Below, one piece after another: positions 1 through 12,102 of a stretch of DNA of 64,000 nt (its first letter is position 1; the number at the start of each line of letters is the position of its first letter). Under the pieces are notes generated by a model, which was not told where the DNA came from, did not search any database, and saw only the letters and a program-made list of their open reading frames with translations. Source of the DNA: Chrysomallon squamiferum (taxonomy: Eukaryota > Animalia > Mollusca); the NCBI GenBank assembly GCA_012295275.1, contig CM022673.1, positions 28,892,001 through 28,956,000 on the forward strand, read 5' to 3'. Made by a program: the position numbers and the translations under genes.

Positions 1-430
1 AACAGCCACGTTTATTTCGTAGAAAGATATACAAGTTAAATATTATTCCAAACGCGGACTGTCACTGATAAATATTTACTTTCGTTTGCTAATAATCCAA
101 GAGATTTGATACTGTTGTTTTTTATGAAACAAAGGAAACTAGAGGTAACTGAAGTAAACAATGGAAAACATTTTGTAGAATGGCGCATCAAGTACCTGAA
201 AGTGCGACTGGGTTATCTTCCGATGATTCATTCATTTTATCATTTTAGGAAATTCAAACAGCATTCGTGTGATTGCCTGCCTATTTAAAAATGATCTGAA
301 ATTATTCTGTTATTAATTTATTATATCTGTTGAGATGAATCCACTGCAAGATCAGTTTGATCCACTTTGATTTTTTATCAGTGAATTCTAATCAGGCGTC
401 ATTTTGAGAGACAACGTATAAACTGTTTCG

Positions 431-471
<41 letters not shown>

Positions 472-810
472 TTTCTTTTTGTAAGGTACAGCTATTCTGT
501 CGAAATAATTTTGTGATACCTTGCAATACAGCAAATTTACATTTATTTATTTATTTATTTATTTATTTATTTTTGACATTTTTTTATTATTATTATTTTT
601 TTTAATGCTGATTAATATTAAAGAATCTTCGTTCATTTCTTTCTTTCTCGAGTATTTGATTATTTTTTTCAATATATAATAATTAAGTAAGCTAACCAAG
701 AAATATATTTAATAATAAATAAAAAAAATAGATAAATAAACCAACAAAAATACTACTACTATACTATTGCTACTACTACAACTAATAATATGATGAAGAA
801 AAGAAATAAA

Positions 811-1107
811 ATATATATATATGTATATATATGTGTGTATGTGTGTATGTATATATGTATGTATGTATATATATATATATATGTATATGTATGTATGTAT
901 ATATACGTATATGTATGTTTGTGTGTGTGTATGTATGTATTATGTATGTATGTGTATGTATTATGTATGCGTGTGTGTGTATGTATGTATGTATGTATGT
1001 ATGTATGTATTATGTATATATGTATGTATGTATGTATGTATTATGTATGTATGTATTATGTATATATGTATTATGTATGTATGTATGTATGTATATATAT
1101 ATGTATG

Positions 1108-1170
<63 letters not shown>

Positions 1171-1178
1171 GTATGTAT
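811..1178. repeat. Compound (TA)n/(TATG)n/(TG)n microsatellite
   Basis: Directly visible; accounts for the YIYI/CMYV ORFs. Confidence 0.95.
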
Positions 1179-1192
1179 ACTATTAAACCTAC

Positions 1193-1502
1193 CGCCTTTT
1201 GGAACAGGCCCATAATAGTTCCAGTCGGTACTTGCAATGGCGTTTGCTCCGAAATCGTACAGACTTTGAAAGTTGAGTTGACATGTGCCGTCGTCTGGTC
1301 TGAAGTTGAAACTGACACAGGTGTCTGTGGTCTGGCAGATGATAGCGCAGTAGGAGCTCGTGAGCCCGCACAGGTCTCCCAGACATTCCCTCGCCGTGGA
1401 GTTCTCCAGTCGCAAGGCCGGCTTTCTATAAAATATTTCTCCCAAAATTAATCGTAATGAAAAAAGAAGTAATCCAAGAAGAATGACAAACGCCGTTTCC
1501 AT
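1193..1502 (-). CDS. Secreted PAN/Apple-domain protein, first coding exon (downstream exons not identified)
   Basis: ORF begins with a hydrophobic signal peptide ([21 protein letters not shown]). It then shows the PAN_1-type pattern C-AII-C...C-VSFNF...GTCQLN and ends WNYY. A phase-1 donor G|GTAGGT follows 1193, and the ORF tail beyond it is only microsatellite read-through. Confidence 0.75.
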
Positions 1503-1878
1503 TGTGAAAATTAGTAAGATTTTTTGAAGTTTAATTCTGAATGTGTTTTTTTTTTTTTTTTTTTTTTATACTGGAATTTGTTTTGTTTTGTTTAATGCGT
1601 CTGTTACGTTCGTTAAATTGTATCCCATTTATTTCGACACAAAACTGTTTCGGAAAGCCTGCTTTTATTAATTTCAGCAGAAGAAAATCGAATATCTGAT
1701 ATGTAATTTTTAAAGTTGAAATAAATATTCTGTAAGTCGAAAGAAGAAAACACGTCTGCTGTTTAAATCTGGTGTCGTCTGCTTAACATAAATTGTCCAA
1801 TAGAATTCTGTTTGGATTTCAAATTGTTAATCAATATGGGAATCAACTACGAATTAATCTAATTATAGATGATATTTG

Positions 1879-1915
<37 letters not shown>

Positions 1916-2224
1916 TCTATTATCTTAAGTGACTGCCAAGGCCACAGAAAATTAAAGTTTTTGTTTTGCGTTCGAAGTGAATAATTTTATATAATTATTC
2001 ACATCGAACGCAAAAGAAAAACGTTTAAGGAAATTCATTACTTAGTAGTAAAATATTTGTTGATTTTATGATTATGATTATGATTATTATTGTTGTTGTT
2101 GCTGTTGTTATTATTTGTCAAATATTTTCATTTTTATAGCTCAAAAAGATTTTTCAAGTTTTGTACCCTTGATAAGTCCGTACTATGCAAACATTTTATT
2201 TATGAGATTTTTATGGAATTGGCT

Positions 2225-2284
<60 letters not shown>

Positions 2285-2377
2285 TGAAATACATAATTAG
2301 TATTATGAAATAATAAATGCGCGGGCTGTGGCTGTTCAAGATAATTCTAGATTCTCTTCGGTGGCTGAGTAGACTTT

Positions 2378-2530
2378 TCACGTTCCACTCGCTGACCTTT
2401 GGAGTGCAATTCCGTGTTTGAGATATGAAAGGTCACTTAGTGCCAGACAATAAAAGCAGTCAGGGAGGTTTCCACCCTCATTTCATCATAGCATCCATGT
2501 TTGATATCAAATAATTGTTGATATTAAAAT
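2378..2530 (+). mobile_element. Degenerate tRNA-derived SINE-like fragment
   Basis: A-box-like GGTGGCTGAGTAG and B-box-like GGAGTGCAATTCC at tRNA-like spacing, followed by a non-tRNA body. No intact cloverleaf. Confidence 0.35.
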
Positions 2531-2713
2531 ATGTCGCTTGTGATTAATAATTTCAGAGAGAGAGAGAGAGAGAGAGAGAGTAAATAAATAAAAACGAATC
2601 AAAATATTCAACAAAGTTTTTATTGTCTAAAAATATTAGCAATGTTAATGTTATTATTATTATTTTCATTATCATTATTATCATTATTATTATTATCATT
2701 ATCATCATTGTTG

Positions 2714-2762
<49 letters not shown>

Positions 2763-3991
2763 AACATTACAAACAGGAAACAGTTAATCAGCATTATTTT
2801 TTTTTTTCACAATGAAACTAAGACAGTCGATATTTAATTTATTTATAAATTATCGGCTCGATCGAATCTTTTTTTCCTGTTGTTTCTGACGTAAGTACGT
2901 GAATGTGCGTCACGGTTAATTAATTATACCTGGCGAGTCAAATATCGCGATCGTTGTGTATGACGAGATTTGAAAAAACAGCCAATCAGCAGTTTGTAAC
3001 AGCGACAGAAGGAAATCCATAGCGTGCCGAACGTCAAAACCAACACATGCAATTCCTTTGCAACAAATAACTAAATAACAGCTGGATTAGTTGCGCAGAA
3101 AGAGATGTCGTTTTATGCGGTTAATTAATGAAAGAAGAGCCAAAATCGTTTTGATAGACAAGCAGATAAAAATCAAATAAAAATGTACTTGTGTCATGCC
3201 AAACTGTCATTATAAATGACTAGGGTTGTTTTCATATGTTGTTTTCATATGGGGGAAAAAAAAATAAAAATAAAAAAATAATAAAATAACCGACATTTGT
3301 ATCAGGTTAAATTGCAGTAATTGTTTCGTATAATGTATTTTTGATTTTGTCTTATAGATTTTCAGTTTCTGATGTTAAAAAAATTGACAGACGTAATTGT
3401 TAATTCACAAGGAAAGGTATGAACACGGCGATTTTTGTATTAATCTTTTGATAAGTCTATCACCATTTTACACACACATGCACGATCCAGCAAAATGCGT
3501 TCGTATGTACATACGTACAAAACGAAGTATACTCAGAGTAATATACAGTAATATAAAATACTCGCTTCAAACCCGATTATTATTAATGCGTCGCCAGACA
3601 TTTTATTTTTGCCAATCTATAAATCTCAAAACATCGTAGACACTATTAGATGACGTATTTGCTATCCTGTTTATGGGAACGTTAATGTTTATGATTCTCT
3701 TGCTGCTAATTAGAAAGAGTAGCTCTTCGCAAAGCCTCATTGTTACAACTCTCAGTATTCGTATCGTTCTTAACTACGAGTATATCGCATGTCTCCATAT
3801 TTGTAACTGTATCGTAAAACTGCCAAGTGTATAAATGCATTTCTTTTTCTCGTTCATGGTTTTATTTAATCAGAGTAATTATATTTATAAATTAACTATA
3901 AGGATACAGAAGAATAACGATTACAACCAACCAAAAATTATTTTTAATATTTTAATTATTGTAAAATTAGTAAGAAACACAAGGCTGCCTG

Positions 3992-4081
<90 letters not shown>

Positions 4082-4499
4082 CAATCTTTAATCGCAAACA
4101 ATAAAAACATGAATTAACCAAGTAAATTAATTATATATATTTATGTTATATAAAAAATATATAACAAATGTTTTATAAAATAAATCATGAATTAATGAAG
4201 GGAATTAACTCTGTTAAACATAAAGAGTTCTAAAGCTAAAATTTAAAGTAATAGTTAATGAAAAGCTTTGGAAAAAAGATTTAGATAAAAAAAAGTGACT
4301 GAACTACTTATAGGAAGCAAAAGAGCAAAATTATCCGACAAGGAAAACATTAACAAATAACAAACTGTCAGTTTAAAAACAATAAAAAAATATTTACAAT
4401 TTATAGTAAGATTCATCTAAAAATATACAATGAACACATTTCTGAACACAAAAGATTCACAAACCGGCAGTCACTTTTTAAACATTTCTTTTGATACTT

Positions 4500-4587
<88 letters not shown>

Positions 4588-4717
4588 TTCCTTATTATCT
4601 GTCCTTCTTCTTTATCTTTTCAGTTCCCCATTCTCTGTGTTAATCGCCATGTAGCACATACATTACAGAGTACAAAACAGGATCTTCAAACACGGTGAGA
4701 TTTATTACAAACACTTT

Positions 4718-7678
4718 CTACCGGACTCTTGAATTTGAAGTCTGAAACACATTAGCAGCTCGTGGACCGAATTTGTAGACGAGTTTCTTGCCATAAACTG
4801 GCTGCAGAATTTTTCGGCTATAGTAATACCTTAAACAAACAAAAAATAAAAAAGAAAAAAAAAAAATTAATAAAAAGATATGAAGTTAGTTAATAATCTG
4901 ATAATATTGTATTTATCCTATTCATATTTACAAATGTTGTTTTTATTTTTTATTTTTTAATTTTTTTTATGACTGTATAGATACGAAAGTAGATAAACTA
5001 AAATAATTCCTTTATTGTCTAAACAAATCAGTCTTTCTCTCTCTCTCTCAACTAAATTATTATGCAGCCCAGACGGGAAAAACCCATGTGGAAAATTCTT
5101 ATTTAAACATTTCACGACAGACTTTGAACGACACCAATAAATTATCTTAGTCATAGCAACAACGACTTAACCCGATATTTCGTAATATCAAAAGTGACGG
5201 AACCGGACGTATTTTACGAAAATACCCTCAAGTTCGTAGTCGGTCAATAAACGGAAAATCAATTTCCGCTCTCCCGGAAAACTACCTTTATGCGAATGTT
5301 GTAACTGAATAGCTATTGTTGAAAACAGATAGAACGCTTAGCATTTCTCGAATAAATGTGATTTCCATCTAGTACTGTTGATCGGTCGAAATAACCTAGC
5401 TTAACTTTGAGTGTATTTTCTTAGATTGTTGTTAAATGTACTTTACCTGGGTTAACTATTATCGTTATTTTGTATGCATGCGCGTGTGTGTATGCGTATG
5501 TATATATATACATTTTTACATACACGTTTACATATGTATGTATGTTATGTGTGTGTGTGTGTCTGTGTGTACAAACAGATATACAAATAAACGTACATAC
5601 ATACATACATATACATAAACACGCAAATACATATAAATAAAGATACATACATATATATTATTATACATGCTTACATTCATAGGCATAGATACTAACTTAT
5701 TCGAAGTCTGTGAAAGAAATTTAACATTATGTCTTTACTTATTACATAACTATTTTATAACACATAACTATTTTATATCACATAACTATTTTATAACACA
5801 CTTATTACATGTACCTCATAGCTCTGCTCAGCTTTTCGTAATTCATCTTTCCGTTGTTCTTTCTGGAGCCCCATATTTGAGAAATCCTCTTTGATTGGTT
5901 TAAGCGGAACATGCCTTTGTCTTTATCGACCCATTCGATCAGCGAAGGATTCGTTTCCGTTCCTTCCAGAAGTCGAAGCAGAAACTCCCAAAGTCGCTCG
6001 CTTCGTTTCCCTGAAATAAGAAATCCAGAAAGTTAGTGAACTGCAGTTTTATCTACACGTGTTCGAGCAGACTCCAAAACTGCAGGGTGGCGACATCGGC
6101 GTTGTGCTAAAAATCTTTGAAACTGAAATCATTTCGTGATAAATGCCGCACTTTCGTGTGTGATCAGTAATTAGACAAGCAGTCCGAGGTTTGCCTCTGT
6201 GGCACCCCCATCAGGTTTGTTATTTCAGACGAGTGCGTTAAAGCATTATAGACAGACTGTCGAGGCAGTTTATTATCAAAGCCTTTGAATCATCGGTGGA
6301 AGAATAGATGTTTTAAATTAACTGTAAAAAGAACAATTAACTTCACCGCAATAACAATATTAATTGATATTATTCTCATTGTTAATATTTTATTGATTTT
6401 TTTTTTTTTTTTGATGATCACGATCATGATGATATTAATAAAATTAACAATAATTACAGACATTTATTAACTTACTTCGTTTAGAAACATTGATATGATG
6501 GATTAAGTTCAGATCTTCAAGTCGATAATCGATCAATTCCCGATCATGATGTTCAGTCTGTGGATCTTCTGGAAAAAGAAAAACATACATAAATTTCTTC
6601 ACATCAGCATTTCCAACATTAATTTGGAACATAAAATTTCAAACACAACCCCTCACGTGCACTCACGTATATATACACACACATGCGCACACATACGAAC
6701 ACTGTCAATAAAATATTAAAGCAAATGCAATTTGAATTTACTTGCTACTTCTTTTTGTTGGTTGTTCTCGGTGCTGTTGCCTTCAATGTCGTACCAGTTC
6801 TGTCCGATTTTCACCCATACGTCGCCGTTTTTCAGCATCAGCGGCAGCACCAATCGAGAAATTTCTGAAAGACAATTTTAATATTTTTAATTTAATTATT
6901 TTTATTTTTATTTTTATTTTTTGTTTTAATGAATAGATCAGTTATTTCAGATTAAGACTCATTATTGTAATCGTGAATATAATCTTTCCAGAAGTTTCAT
7001 AGTTATGGATTGACAAAAAATGGTAAAGAAACGAAAATGGTAAATGGTTGTTCGCTTTAGATTTGCATATTTCAACGAAGTAAGGAAACGTTTGAAAACT
7101 GCTGTTACAATGTTACAAAAAAAAAACGGTCCTTTTTTTTTTTTTTTTTTTTTTCGTATACTGTTATTTTTCTTCTTACATTATTATTGCTTTACATTTA
7201 TTTTCGGTTGGTGGGGATGTTGTTGTTAGTTGTTGATTATTTGCTCAATACATTATATTAAAAAGTATAAAATTATGACAAACCACGTGTTTCGTCACCA
7301 GAGTTGTAGACCGGTTCGCAGTCTGTCGCAGCGCTGAGTACATTAGGCGACGTTTCTGTAAGAAAATGAACTCGTGAAATGACGACACAGCGTACAGTAT
7401 GAAAACCAGACACATCGATGACTGCGTTTAAAACAACTGATTTCTCCAAGCCAAACGTGGTTTCAATGCTTTAAACGATATCTTTATTCTTACGTCTTTA
7501 TTCTTCGATAACGACATAAACATTACTAATAATTAACAGTAATAAAGATAAAAATTACCCAGTGGAAAGCTTTCTGTGGAAAACGAAGATGAATCGTCTA
7601 AAATACTGGGAGAGGTTACTGGAGTTGTCTGATCCGTAATTAGTGGAGTATCTGTTTAATATGTGTAAAAAATTAGAG

Positions 7679-7748
<70 letters not shown>

Positions 7749-8896
7749 CTCGCTCGCTCGCTCTCTCTGTTTCTCTAAATATATACACAAACACAAACAG
7801 AAGATCATAACTCTGTTCAAAGATTTATTTATTATGCAATAAACAAATGAAAAGAAAGAATATTTGATTATGATGAATGTGTTAGAACTTTTGTCTAGAA
7901 AGTATATTTACGTTAATTTGTTTTACTTCAGTCTGATGTACCAATAAGCATTTAAATTCTACCAAAAAAAATTTTTTTTTTTTTTTTTTTTACAAAATGT
8001 AAGGTAAATAAAAATACGTGCACTTACAATTACATTGTTGATCGGAAACTTCAGGTGTATTTGCGACACAAGGTTCACAGTAAGTTTGATATAAACTGTT
8101 TACGTCATCATAGTCAGTTTGATATAAACGGTTTACGTCATCATAGTCAGTTTGATATAAACTGTTTACGTCATCATATTCATCAGAATCCAGCATGGAG
8201 ACATAAGAGTAGTTCTGATTTTCGTCCCATTCTGTTAAAACAAAATGAAATTTGTTAACGCACATTTGTGGTGGGTCAGTGGTTAAAGAATAATTTTCAA
8301 TGACACTCAAATTCCTGATGATTATTTGTCTCTTCTGACGCTAACAGAATACTAGCTGCTACAACGTCATCAGTGTATTTTCTAAAAATACTTTTAAAAA
8401 ATGCTTGACAAAACTGTCGTGTGGCACTGGCTGTAGCAGGAGTTAGTCAAACCGATGCTCTTAAGAGGATCGATCCTGCTCACTGTCTGGTTTATGTTCT
8501 AGCCGCAGCTGAGGATCCAACAACCAGATCTCCAACCCGTTCTTATACCCATCATCGGGACCGTTCGTAGTACAGTGTTTCATTGCTGTTCACCTAACTC
8601 ATTAACCAGCAAACTAACTAATCAACTATCTCTCACTAACTAACCAATAAGCATGTAAGAACCTAAACAGACTACTGAACCATACACGTAACTAAAGATA
8701 TCACAAAACGCGGTCAGGAAGACGTAAACGTTATTTCATTAAGTAAATCAAGTACATGATCAGTTACGACCCAGTGGTTATTGCTAAAGAAAATGTACTG
8801 AGCAGAGGTGTCCGCGAAAGACGTTAGCCTACCTTGTTTCCTTCTTATCTTTTCGTTTGTCTGTGTGGCCGGGTTAAAAACTTTGTCGTCCATCAT
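4718..8896 (-). CDS. ETS-family transcription factor (ESE/ELF-like, EHF/ELF3/ELF5 type), ~313 aa, 8 coding exons
   Basis: Exons 8896-8833, 8231-8028, 7651-7559, 7355-7299 (alternative in-frame donor at 7287), 6864-6742, 6568-6476, 6010-5815, 4829-4718. All are GT-AG with consistent phases. The last two exons encode an ETS domain: RLWEFLLRLLEGTETNPSLIEWVDKDKGMFRLNQSKRISQIWGSRKNNGKMNYEKLSRAMR|YYYSRKILQPVYGKKLVYKFG. An AATAAA lies 12 nt after the stop. N-terminal exons are less certain than the ETS exons. Confidence 0.88.
8083..8178 (-). repeat. Coding 33-bp tandem repeat x3 (YDDVNSLYQT unit) in an ETS gene exon
   Basis: AGTTTGATATAAAC(T/G)GTTTACGTCATCATAGTC occurs three times, in frame within exon 8231-8028. 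Confidence 0.9.
8415..8500 (-). mobile_element. tRNA-derived SINE head fragment (GGATCGATCC B-box family)
   Basis: Shares GAGGATCGATCCT with the element at ~21.2 kb; B-box-like on the minus strand. Confidence 0.4.
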
Positions 8897-9285
8897 AGTC
8901 TGCAATGTAAAGTATAAAATACACATTGTCACGCAGTTCCCTTTTAAATAAATAATTCTGAAAATAAGACAATCGTTAAAGGCGCTACGTTTCGAGCGAG
9001 AACTGATAATTATACGTACATAACAAGACTGTGTAAACAACGAAGTGTGATGATAAAACAAAAACTTCCACGTAAACCCATCACAGATGCTGCCTTTTTA
9101 TTACATTTTAATATTTAAATAAAAGACGTTTGCTAACATGTAAAGTGGGGATAGCAAAATTACAAACCCTGAATGATTACGGAAGCTAGCTCTTTCTCTT
9201 AACGATGTCATTTGAATACTATTTTAAAACAGTTGACTATTAACCTCGTTGAAACTGCAGAAGATTTATTACGTTATTGTCATAC

Positions 9286-9321
<36 letters not shown>

Positions 9322-10655
9322 TCAAATGGTTATTTAACACTTTATACATCCTGCTTGCTAGTACAGTCTTGTTATTAACAATGAGACATACGTTAGAGTT
9401 TACAAACTCGCTTCTTGTGCGCTTTATGAAAAAAAATCGTACTGACTTTGCCCGGAATAGAAATTACGTAAACCAGCAAGGATCTTTCTCACAACAGATT
9501 ACAATTCGTGTTATAAATGAGTCATAAGCTGGGTTAGAGGTGACACGTGGGATGCGAAACCGAAAGAAATATTTTAGTGTACACTTAATTGTTCAGACAC
9601 GTTAAGCGTTCCAGGAAATATAGTTTTACTGGCTGAATTACGAAACGCTTTCAGAATGTATTATGTAAGTAATCGATATTACTGACACGTGCAAGGTTTG
9701 TTTTTCAGAATCCTGAGATTTCGAGGAAGTAAGGGAAGCCGGCATAGAGCCCGAGCTCTACAGCATGGGTTTCAATCACGTGACCACATACTAACGGTAT
9801 GTGACCCACGACTATCACTTTGTTTGCATATTACATCGCTCTGTCGTTACCACAGGTTTGCTGCAGTACAGGAAACAAGACCTAGCATTCAATGAAATGT
9901 CTGATGCTTTACTTCTGTTTACTTATCAGCTTTGCTGTGCAGCTCATGAAAATTATAACGCCCACCCCTCCCCGTTCCACGCCCTTGTTCTTGTTGGCCC
10001 CGGTGGGACCTCTTCTCGAGTACACAGTGGCGCTTGTCTTTCTCTGGGCTTGAGAACCCCCGCGCCTCACTGTTTTGGGGCGAAGGTGTGTCTGATTATA
10101 AGTGCAGAAAACAACTGAACTGAATTTTCATACCTAACTTATGTTTAGAAAATAAGTGTTTAACAACATACAGTGAAGATACAGCATTTATTTATTTATT
10201 TATTTATTTACAGAGGTACGCACACATAAACACGCACACGTTATACGTACAGAAGTACCCACGCATACACAGGCACTAACAATTTATGAAATAAAATAAA
10301 TAAAAAGGAAAGAAACAAAGAAAAGGCACTGTTTAGTACATCCTGCATATCTGTAATATTTTTTTCACGCAAAACTGTTATTTTATTTTAAAGAAAAAAG
10401 AAAAGAAAAAGAAAAGAAAAAAGTGGGTATTGGTTATAACTAATAGAAATCACAGTGCAAATAACTAACTAACTAAATAAATAATCATCAACATCATCAT
10501 CAACATCATCATCATCATCGCTATCATCTCTGTCATAATCGTCAATAATTCATGAACAGTATCATTAGCATATCGTTAAATATCATTTACTATCATTATT
10601 ATAATCATTTTCATTATCAGTATAATCATCATTTTTGTTTTATTCTGCATGAATT

Positions 10656-10696
<41 letters not shown>

Positions 10697-10791
10697 ACAT
10701 ATACTCTATTATTAATCAAAACTGGTAGAAGTTATTAATATTATTACTAAAAGTTATTAAATACCAACAAAACAAACAAAAAAACACTTAC

Positions 10792-10881
10792 CACGTTGCG
10801 GTTTTAATAAAGGATCTTCAACTAAAGACAAGTTTTCCCAGCTAGTTTGTTGCTCCTTGTACCCCTTCTTTTAAATTATCC
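10792..10881 (-). other. Candidate upstream (5'UTR) exon of the ETS gene
   Basis: Strong donor G|GTAAGT at ~10791 upstream of the ATG-bearing exon, which itself has an acceptor at 8900-8902. The 5' boundary is uncertain. Confidence 0.35.
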
Positions 10882-11210
10882 TGCTTTTAAAAAATATCTA
10901 ATTTATAAATCAGTATTCCTAAAAAAAAAAATTTTTTTTTTTTTTTTTTTATATATGTATATTTCTGTTTAGTTTAAGGGAGTCATGTGACCGTTGTAGT
11001 CAGTTACGGTCAATCAAACCCTTTACACTGAGGTATGTGGGTCCCTGTTGAACATCAGCTTGTGATTTTCCGAAAAAAGGGACGACTGTGGGGTTTTCCG
11101 ACTCTTTATAATTACAAAGAAATTTTTAAACGTAATCGTTCTAAAAATAGGTGGCCCAGATATTCCTAGCGTAATGAATCATCGCGAATATAAAGAGCTT
11201 TTAGTACATG

Positions 11211-11246
<36 letters not shown>

Positions 11247-11926
11247 TAATAATAAATAAATAAATAAATAAATAGTAGTATCAGCAGTAGCAATAATAGT
11301 AGTAGTAATAGTAGTAGTAGTAGTAGTAGTAGTAGTTATAATAGTAGTGTTGTTTTTGTTATTCGTGTTGTTATTCAGTCACGTATTTTATTTATGTATT
11401 TACATAACAATACTAGAAGTACGTTGAGCATTTCCTGATGCCGCACGCACACATTATGCGTACAGAAGTATGCACACATATACATGCATACGTTATGCGT
11501 ACAGAGGTATGCACACATATACAGGCACTTATAAAACAGTTCAAAATAAATGACACACACACACATACACACATACACAGATAGTTAGGATTATAGACAT
11601 ACATCTGATGCTAATCGCTATTCATTAATCACGTGTCTGGCGATGTCGGAGAGGTAGGCGTTGTGGCTTACGAACTGACACAAAATTATGACGAGAGTTA
11701 CACTGTCGCTGTTTTATTTTGTCACATGCGTATCTTTCATTAATTTCAGTCCCGAATGTGAGAACATTGTGAAGCATATTATTGAAGAATTACTAGAGAG
11801 AGAGAAAAAAACCTACAAAAAAACCCAAAAAACAACACTTTCGTGCTGATAACTCGTGTGTGTCAGGAACACCGTGTACTGTAAAGAAAGCGTGACATGT
11901 ATGATAATACTATAAAACACAAAAAG

Positions 11927-11959
<33 letters not shown>

Positions 11960-12071
11960 AAGAAAGAAAGAAAAATGTATGCAGCAAGAATAAAAAAAAA
12001 GCAGGAATGAAAAATCTTCATCTCACCCTAATGCCAAATTTTATTTGTTTGATTAAGAGAAAAAAAAAAAA

Positions 12072-12102
<31 letters not shown>

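Noticed and set aside
790-1451. Long + strand ORFs of YIYI/CMYV type (likewise 20580-21021, 53755-54174, 56786-57018, 57739-58252, 59312-59656, 60297-60521)
   Set aside because: Translations of microsatellites; open only because the repeats lack stop codons.
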